A stretch of DNA of 64,000 nucleotides from Antedon mediterranea. Lineage: Eukaryota > Animalia > Echinodermata. A model generated the notes under the pieces. The model had not been told where the DNA came from, made no database searches, and worked only from the letters and a program-made list of their open reading frames with translations. Positions within the stretch are counted from its first letter, which is position 1, and every line of letters starts with the position of its first letter. The translations under genes were made by a program, and so were the position numbers. This document shows, piece by piece, positions 55,101 through 64,000 of this stretch. The DNA lies in assembly GCF_964355755.1 (NCBI RefSeq), contig NC_092679.1, positions 17,715,432 to 17,779,431 on the forward strand. The letters are read 5' to 3'.

Positions 55101-58100
55101 GCAAACAAACAATGTATTGTTTGCTAATTAAAATCCTACCTAAAGATAGTAGGTCAATTTTTGTAGCCGCCCTACATCGTAGGTAATTGTTCTCTCCTAC
55201 GATGTATTGTTTGTAGCCTACGATGTATTGTTTGTTATCCTAATTTGGACGGAAATCCGCCGACGAAACGACATCGGGCCGGTGGAAATCAGCTCACGTA
55301 GAGAGAGTCGAGGCTAGGTTAGGCCTAGCTAGCCTGTTTCGGCGGCCTACACTATAAATTATTTATTCCTACCTTGTTGGGTTAGCGAATTATAAAAACA
55401 ACGACAACTAGGCTAGGACACCAACAAAATATATGCAAAATAAATATATATTCCATATTAAGATTTAACATAAATAAATAGGCCTTTTAAAATGATTACG
55501 ACATGTATAAAGAAAAAGGCCCGACCAGAATTTGGAGGGGAAAAAACATGTGAGCTGAGCAGTTTAAAGAGAGTATTATGTTTCATGTCATGTGACACAA
55601 AATCCAGGTACACGATCTTAATTACTGTTTTATTGTCGTCAGACGGTAGCCACCCTAAAAAAAAAACATGTGAGAGATTGCGGTAAGCAGAGAGTATCGC
55701 GTTTCATGCCAAGTGACCCAAAAAAAAACTAGGTCTGTATTAATTACGGTCGTTCTGTCGGCAGTCTTTTTGAACGACCGATTGAACGCCCTGATGCTAT
55801 ATTTAGAATGAATTGTTTACGATCTTTTTTTCTCGGCATCGTTTCTGGATGGGACGTTCGCTATATTATGTTTATTAGTTGGCCTGTTCGTTGCGGTTCA
55901 CCTGTGTTGGATCGTGTCTCTCTCTACGTTATACATCGTGGGAAATTTATATTTGCCGTTGAGTAGGTAAACACGCACGAAGGAAAATATTACGATTAAA
56001 AAATATTATTTATTTTTTATTAATTTACAACTTTGTCCTCCGCCAATTAAATTTAACACATTAATTTCACACCTTACTTCACTAAGAACATCGTAGGGTT
56101 GTTTATTTTGGTTACGAACTCCCTACGAAGTTCAGAACGTAGCTCATTGAAAGTTGTTTATTGAGGTTACGAAGCCAAACAATGGAACCTACGAAGCCAA
56201 CAACGTAGCCTACGTTCTATCTACGAAGCTACTTCGTAGGTAAAGTTGCAGTATTTTCTTTCTGTACTGTATTTCACATTACAAAGGGTCTTGCCTTATC
56301 AGTATTCATATTGATTTTGTTTAGTGCAATTATACAGTACTTTGTACTTTTTCTTGGTTTTCTGTATATAATCTTCACATTTGTCAATGTCATTGTCACA
56401 TATTCAATGTCTAGTTTAATGTCTAACTGTATTAATAACACTGTAGTATAAAAAAACATTCATGGCATTCAATCCTCCTCTTATTTGACCAGATATTGAA
56501 ATAAAGAAATGTACAGTATCTACTAACTAGTGTATACTGTAATGTATAATTTAATGTAATTTTTTAAGGATGGCGAAATAGAAGGTAAGTTATTCTTCCT
56601 CTGTCACATTTGCCTCATTTGAATACATGGTCACACTAGACTGAACAACCATGCTGTCATAATTGACGTGACTATCGCAACCAAAATGTTTGGTCGAGTG
56701 GAAAAGGGTTTACTATGACACTGGAACCCTGGGTTCGAGGTCTATCAATAGCGTGTTTTTTTTTTAATAGAGATTATTTAAAGGGTTAGGTTAAGTACAT
56801 AGAAGGTAATCTCTTTTTCTGTCTCTAGGCAAATGTGACCGAGCAAGAAAAGATTACGAAATAGGATGTAGTAAAGTACAGTAACTCAAATATAGACTAG
56901 TAAAATTAAAATAAAAAAGAAATTGATGCCTGTGGCCTTGTTCACCATTCACACTTAGGCTAAGGGAAACACTTACCCTTTACAATTATTGAGTTTAAGT
57001 GAAATACTTAATATTCAAAGGAAATATCTCACTTAAGTATGATTGGTGAATACGGTCACTATCAGTATACAAAAATTTGGTCGTGAGTGACCTATCTTAA
57101 TATATCACAGGTCATTCAACTGATTTTATTAATTATTATTGGAAGGCTCTTGAATTATATATTATTATTAATATTAATTACTTAACAAATTAAGGTTAGT
57201 AATTAATAATTTGGGACTTTAGCAATTATTGCTATTATTTTGTATGGTTTGTTTAATGATCTATGCATTGTCTCTCATTTATGCATGCTATTATTAGTCA
57301 TAGAAGCATTGAATAGAGACTTCAATACTGCTCTTTCATTAAATCAATAATTCCCCCTTGGTGTACAGGCCATACTGTTTGAACTTGCTTGCATATAATA
57401 CTTATGCGAAATGTGTGTTTTGTCTTTTAAAAGCATCCTCTAAATAGGGATGTCATTGATTCCATTCGTTTATTTTTAATGTTCTTGATTTACTGATAAA
57501 TATACAGTAGGCCTACTAACTACAAATGTTGCCAAAATGAAAATGTAAAATATGTACAGTATCCATTTAGTATTTAGGCTTTAATGATTTAGAGAAATAC
57601 ACTATTGATTATAGGCTTGTTGAATTGGAACAATAATTACCATGCAAAAGATAGGAAATTAGGTTATGCAGATATTTCACAATGTTTGCATCCTCACCCT
57701 GATCCCCCAACCCCCACCAGTTACTATACAGTAATTTCAAAATATTTGATCTGCCGCCACTTTAGTTTTGGAGTAATTTTGATGCGCATTCACACTACTT
57801 TTTTAGGGTTCTCTCTTTTCCAGAAGTATACTTGTTTGGCTTTAAATGGCTCAAGCACACCTTTCAGACATTGTGATGAGTTTGATAATGACATTCTTGA
57901 CATTATAACAGATAATATGTGAACTTGAGGTATTTGAATGATTCAAGATGCCCAATGCATACAAATTAGCTAATAATTCCCCTACTACATTCTGCTAGAC
58001 TTGCTAAATTAGACATGATCGACATTAACACTGGCAGGCAGAAATAATTATATGACGTTAAATAGGACAAAGTAAAAAAAAATGGAATTTGTAATGTTTC

Positions 58101-61100
58101 TTTCAGCATAAATCCAGGGACTGGCAAATATGGATCTATTTACTAGATTAATGCATGGCACTCTAGCCTGTCAGAAACCATTGCAATACAGTACTGTATA
58201 CAAGTACTATAATTTAGCACTGTTCTGTACTGTATATCCCTGCTGTTTGGGGATATTTACTTTTTCTGTTTTCTATCACTAGAGAGTATTACTAAAGTTA
58301 ATAATGACATACTACTAGTACTACTGTAGTTTATAAAGGAAATCTGTATATACTACAGTAGATATTATTGTTGTTTTCATTATTTACTGTAAAGGTCTGT
58401 CCATGAAGACAGCCAATATCAGTATTATTATATTATTGTTTTATTATTATTTTAAACCTCAATATTATTGATTTATTTATGACATTTTTGTATGTTTTTT
58501 TTTTCCTAGCTTCAAGTGGTTCAGTAAAGACCGTGGTGGCCACTATCAAAGCGGCTCGTCTAAATGACAAGGAGATCCAGCAGATAGTTGATACGTTGCT
58601 TAACAAACAAAATGGCTCTGGGAATGCTGATCAATGGACTATGGTAAGTTGTTTAAAGCCCGTTTCTATTGAGAAAATATGCTTTTATTATTGAGCTAAT
58701 GACATCTTTAGGCTTTGACGCGAATTTACACAGACGCGGTTCGTTTAGGGAGAAAGCTTGTCCCACGTAGAATCTGTACCTATCCTCGCTTTGTGTAAAT
58801 GGTCATAAGGAATACCATACTGTAGATTCTATATTGTTATTACCGTTGCCACTGGTCTGTGTAAATTGCCCTTTTGTTACAATATTCACTTATTAACACT
58901 CACTTAATTAAAGGAAAAAACCGTAAGATAAATAAAAATCTGGAAATATGTTAATGGAATAATATACAGATATTGACTGCTTAGAGGTTAAATATAAGAT
59001 TTGACATCCCCTCGGGAATGATATTAAGTTCTCGGGGAATATATATTTCCCTCAGCGCGGATGGCAAATCTTATATTTAACCGATATAAAAGGCAATATC
59101 TGTTATATTATATAGCCAAGAACAAGTCTGCTGGGTTGGGTGAAGCTAGGCTAGGCCTCCTATAGTATTTGTATTGTATTAATTTAAACAAGCCTGCCAA
59201 GACACCTACCTTGCGAAGAATAATATACAGATAATTACTAATTAATGATTCCTTGGCAATAAAATATTCACTTAGGCCTGGGTCGTTTAAATTAACAGAA
59301 GAATTTCCATCAATAAGCCTATTAATAATAATATTATAATCAGGTAGGCCGAATAAACAATTCGTCTTCTTCTCGATCTTCGAGGAGCCGAATCACCGGA
59401 TGTTCAGCGCGTACTAGTTACTAGGTTACTGTGAGTGAGTATTGACCAATCACAAACGGTGTTTCATCACATTTAGGGTGGACTTATAACAAATGAGGGC
59501 GCTATGTATGCATAGCTTAAATAGTTTAGAAGATTAATTTCTTCAAGCAAATTCCGTGGCGCAGCGGTTGAAGCGTTGTCTTGTGATGGAGTGACAATTG
59601 CATCGGAAGTTCAAGACCAGTAGATGACTTTTGTTTATTTATCGGCAAACGCGAGTGTTGCACACGAAAATTACACAGTCAATATCATCGTACTCGAGAA
59701 TTTATATGATTAATGACAGGGGACACGATAATTACGTGAAAATTACAAAGTCAATATCATCGTTCTCGAGGATATATACGATTTACGATCCTCGCAGCGG
59801 TAGTCATGTGATGCAGTTTCAACCAATCACGTTCGCGTATTTACATAGGCTATGTAATATTATACAGATATTGACTGTTTAGAGGTTAAATATAAGATTT
59901 GACATCCCCGAGGGAATGATATTATGTTCGAGGGAATATATATTTCCCGAAGCGCCAGCTGAGGGAAATATATATTCCCCGAGAACTTAATATCATTCCC
60001 GAGGGGATGTCAAATCTTATATTTAACCGATATAAAAGGCAATATCTGTTATATTATATAGCCAAGAACAAGTCTGCTGCTGGGTTGGGTGAAGCTAGGC
60101 TAGGCCTCCTATAGCCTATACTATAGTATTTGTATTGTATTTAAACAAGCCTGCCTAGACACCTTACCTTGCGAAGAATAATATACAGATAATTACTAAT
60201 TAATGATTCCTTGGCAATAAAATATTCACTTACTTTAGACCTAGGTCGTTTAAATTAACAGAAGAATTTCCATCAATAAGCCTATTTATTAATAATAATA
60301 ATATTATAATCAGGTAGGCCGAATAAACAATTCGTCTTCTTCTCTTCGAGGAGCCGAATCACCGGATGTTCAGCGAGTACTAGTTACTAGGTTACTACCG
60401 TGAGTATTGACCAATCACAAACGGTGTTTCATCACATTTAGGGTGGACTAATAACAAATGAGGGCGCTATGTATGCATAGTTTAAATAGTTTAGATGATT
60501 AATTTCTTCAAGCAAGCTACGTGGCGCAGCGGTTGAAGCGTTGTCTTGCGATGGAGTGACAATTCCACCCGAGTTCAAGATCGAGTAGATGACTTTTGTT
60601 TATTTATCGGCAACGCGAGTGTTGGCACACGAAAATTACACAGTCAATATCATCTAATTACGCGAAAATTACACAGTCAATATCATCGTTCTCGAGGATA
60701 TATACGATTTACGATCCTCGCAGCGGTAGTCATGTGATGCAGTTTCAACCAATCACGTTCGCGTATTTACATAGGCTATGTAATATATTAAAATATATAT
60801 TGACTTGTGAAGTGAAATACTTGACATTTAATAATTAGGATTGGTGATCAGTAGGACCACTGAATCTGACTTTATTCCATACATTAACTTTATATCTGTT
60901 TTTTTAAATTATTTGAACGTTTTTGAATCCTCCCCTGGGGACATAAAATATTGCATTGAGTCACATTGCGCCAATCTAATTTTCAGAGACAAATGTCTGT
61001 AAATGCAATGCTTCCATTTATATGAGTGGCTTGCAATCCGCATTATACTTTCTTGGCTCTCAATCATTAAGTAAGATTGAAAGCTATGATGATTGCATTT

Positions 61101-63838
61101 AATATTTTGTGCATCCATGTTCTTGGAAAACAAATGTTAATATAGAAACATTTAATTATCATATCTAATGAATGAACGTTGTATACATTTTTTTTATTCT
61201 TTTGAATTTATGAATTTACAAGATTATTGACAAACCAAGTAGTCTTCCCAACGCAAATTTAAACAATTTATTTATCTTTCCGAGTTTCTTATTTAATCTG
61301 AATCATTTATTCAATTCAAATATGCAGTATTTGTATAATTTCCTATTTGAATAGAATTCATTTTTATTAATATGTTATTTCATTCTATTCGAATTAATTT
61401 ATTATGAAAGTTATTTAATGGCATTCTACTGATTCTGAAAGCCTATTACAACTTACAGTACATACTGTACAGTAATTATTATTTTGAGCTGATTTACATT
61501 TATTAATGAATTTTATATTTAAATGGGGCTTAGGGTGGCTTAGTAGTACTGTAGTAGTACTTTACATCTCTCAAGATGAGTAGGGGGTTACCTTGGTATA
61601 CTAGTACACACACACAGCCACTGATCATAACTGGGCTCATTGTGCAATTGGGACTAGACCATTTTAAAAGTGTTTTCCACCTGTTGGTCCCATCCTACAC
61701 TAAATGTGTGTTATAGTATGTCTATTTTTTTGGATGTACATCTTAGTGAGAAGTTGAAAAAATAAATAAAAAGGTCAGTTATGAATTGTTTTTTTTGGTA
61801 CACTTAGGCTAATCAGCGATCTGATCCTATGTCCTCCCTCAAGAGACAACTGCAGGAAAAAGAGCAACAGTTACATAACGGTAAGTAAAACATGCAATCA
61901 GGAAACCTTTGTCATTTTCTATACAACTGTTAAGTGTTATCTATTTCTTGCTTAGTTCGCATAAAATTATCAGATAAAGTCAACATGGAGTGTTATCAAA
62001 TTGTTCTGTATCCAAAAAGATCGAGATTTTTTTTTTATCAAATGAGTTAGTTATATAGTTACTATAAATTTAGTATGGTTTTTTCCATATCTCTCTAATT
62101 ATGTCTTGCTTGTGTGTTGGACGGCCATAAAGCAATGATATGAGCTTTCCTCTTTAAAAAAAAGACTAATAAGAACCTGTAAATATTTATTTTTATGTTA
62201 ATGAGAAAATGCATTTTTTTTAAATTAAAACATATTTCTACTAAAACCGTACACACTATTCTTTGCAGGTTGATACCATTACTTGGTATTATTTAGAATT
62301 CCCAGGGTAGTAAAATATCTATGGGGTGATCCATTGAGATTAAACTTGATGGATCTTTAACCCCTTCATTACTTCCAGGCTTAAAATATAAGAAATTCAC
62401 AATTGAGAAGTAGCATAAACTATAACAAATTTTACAAAAGAATTGTGCACAATTTTACAATGATTTTGGGACATTTTTATGTCAAATCACCATATAAAAT
62501 TTGACGAACATGATGTTTAAAAGGTCCTTCGGGGTGGGGGAATGACCCTCAAGTTTTCCACTCAGCAAAATTTCAGCCTAGCACCCATCCAAAAAATATT
62601 AGGATAACTAAAACTTTTAGATTCACCCACCTGTACGATTATGATACCTACGGCCGGCCGCTAGATGTTTTATTGATGGTATTTGATATTTTTATCTTAC
62701 AGAGATCTTGTCAACCCAGGCTTCGGCTCAAAAGGTGAAAGAGATGCGTAATGAACTTGCACAAGAGAAGCAGCAAACAATGAAATCAGACATGGATCAC
62801 AAAACCAGGATATCTTCATTGGAAAAGGACATACAGGCATTACATCTACGAATGTCACAGGTGCATATTCAAATTTATTCAAATATTGCTAGATGTTTTG
62901 CATACACTGTACACATTTAATAGTAAAATGAAATTATCGAAACCATGCTTATTTTGAAACATGATGTCATCTGTCAAACATACGAAATTATATTTAAATA
63001 TATGAAAACAAATAGTGTCTGGTGAGATTTGACATCTTTGACCTGCCTTCTTCCGAACCCTCATGCTGAGCCTACTTCCTGCAAGCACTGGTCACTTCTA
63101 AAAAATGATATTAATTGCCTTCACTTTCATGTTCTCTATAAATAGCAATAAAAAACAATTTTAATAACTAGGCTAAATTTACACTGTAAAATCCTTTCAT
63201 TTTTGTAGCTTTTTGATGTTTTTTACAACATTGTTAGTGAGATAAAATTGAGAATTTAGTTCCCCATGACCATGAGGTATATTTTTATATAATTATAGTG
63301 GAGCTGTACCTTAGTGGTTCACATGCTTACCTTACAATCCCAAGGTTCAGACTCTTTCTACTCTCCAACTCCAGTAATACTTAGTTTATAACTATGATTA
63401 TAAGTTTTAGTTTATGCTTGCTGTCATTTTCTGATTCGTTTAACACGAATAGCTATTTGCTTTGGTGTTGTTTTTGTGTAAAATTTACCAAAATTAAAAT
63501 AGGTTTTATAATCTTATAAATAATGGAGAGACATGCCCTTTGGCGATAGTTGTCTTTGACAGCTCTTGTCTCTCCTCAGTTCTCCCATTTTATGTTTCAC
63601 TGAAGAAAAGAATAAATAAATATTGTTGTATTGGTGGCGCATACAAGATTGATTTATATAGAAACATGTTTGTTATTTCTATATAGACTCACGAGCAGCA
63701 TTCTAAAGAGGGCGCCAGTTACCAATTGAAGATCAAACAATTACAGGCTATGGTTGATGAGAGCAACTCCGGAGTGATCCAGAAACTGAGAGAAGAAAAC
63801 AACATGCTAAAGACGGAGGCCAACAGAAGTGTTGCAAA
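52145..63838 (+). CDS. RRBP1: Ribosome-binding protein 1 (p180)/kinectin-like ER membrane coiled-coil protein, 5' part
   Basis: Exons 52145-52772, 58510-58643, 61808-61880, 62703-62860, 63687-63838, in phase and continuing past the window. N-terminal TM helix, then EKSYEEAIAEQR, Lys/Pro-rich region, EIQQIVDTLLNKQ, DPMSSLKRQLQEKEQQL coiled coil. Confidence 0.85.
54817..56271. mobile_element. 1.45-kb non-autonomous TIR element with subterminal repeats (CACTA/EnSpm-like)
   Basis: TIR TACAGTACAGAAAGAAAWTACTGC; tandem CCTACGATGTATTGTT units (54903-55230) and CTACG/CGTAG motifs at both ends. Confidence 0.8.
56590..56855. mobile_element. Degenerate MITE
   Basis: Inverted GTCACATTTGCC / GGCAAATGTGAC ends. 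Confidence 0.55.
56932..57059. mobile_element. MITE family C, compact copy
   Basis: GTGGCCTTGTTCACCATTCACACTTA / TAAGTATGATTGGTGAATACGGTCAC. Confidence 0.7.
58960..60785 (+). mobile_element. Head-to-tail dimer of a ~900-bp hairpin-ended non-coding element (possibly Crypton-like)
   Basis: Units 58960-59859 and 59860-60785 are highly similar. Long 5' hairpin, second IR pair TATTATATAGCC / GGCTATGTAATA, TAATA at both ends and at the junction. Confidence 0.8.
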
Positions 63839-64000
63839 GTAAGACAAAAAAGATAAAATGCATCTTTTTAATAACCATTATTCTATTGATGGCATAACAA
63901 AGACAATAGACATTCATGTTTCATATGTTTATCTAAATTCAGAATTAACATACAGTATACTGTAGACACACCCATAAATAAGGCTAAATAAAAGTTTGAA

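Noticed and set aside
56569-56584. RRBP1 microexon (TTTTTAAG...GAAG|GTAAGT)
   Set aside because: 16 nt would shift the frame, and the donor abuts the left end of an inverted-repeat element.
59552-59625. Functional tRNA gene
   Set aside because: A and B boxes are present but there is no convincing acceptor or anticodon stem; it lies inside a repeat.

Overview
AT-rich, intron-rich metazoan (invertebrate-like) genomic DNA; not prokaryotic. I traced four protein-coding genes by hand via GT-AG junctions and reading phase. (1) An uncharacterised coiled-coil + EF-hand-pair gene on the minus strand, running off the left edge. (2) A complete HECTD1 E3 ubiquitin ligase, 43 coding exons, 7378-45740, about 2518 aa. 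(3) A complete ENOPH1 on the minus strand, 4 exons, 276 aa. (4) The 5' part of an RRBP1/kinectin-like gene running off the right edge. Introns are packed with non-autonomous elements: Harbinger-like and Tc1/pogo-like MITEs, a Sola1-like and a CACTA-like element, a Helentron-type HINE, SINE/LINE fragments and minisatellites. The best second-look items are a tandem pair of asymmetric hairpin-ended elements whose hairpin is flipped between copies and which carry Pol III A/B boxes, a minimal hammerhead ribozyme in an ENOPH1 intron, and three decoy copies of a HECTD1 splice acceptor. I see no clearly new protein-coding system. All TE superfamily names are inferred from termini and target sites, not from searches.
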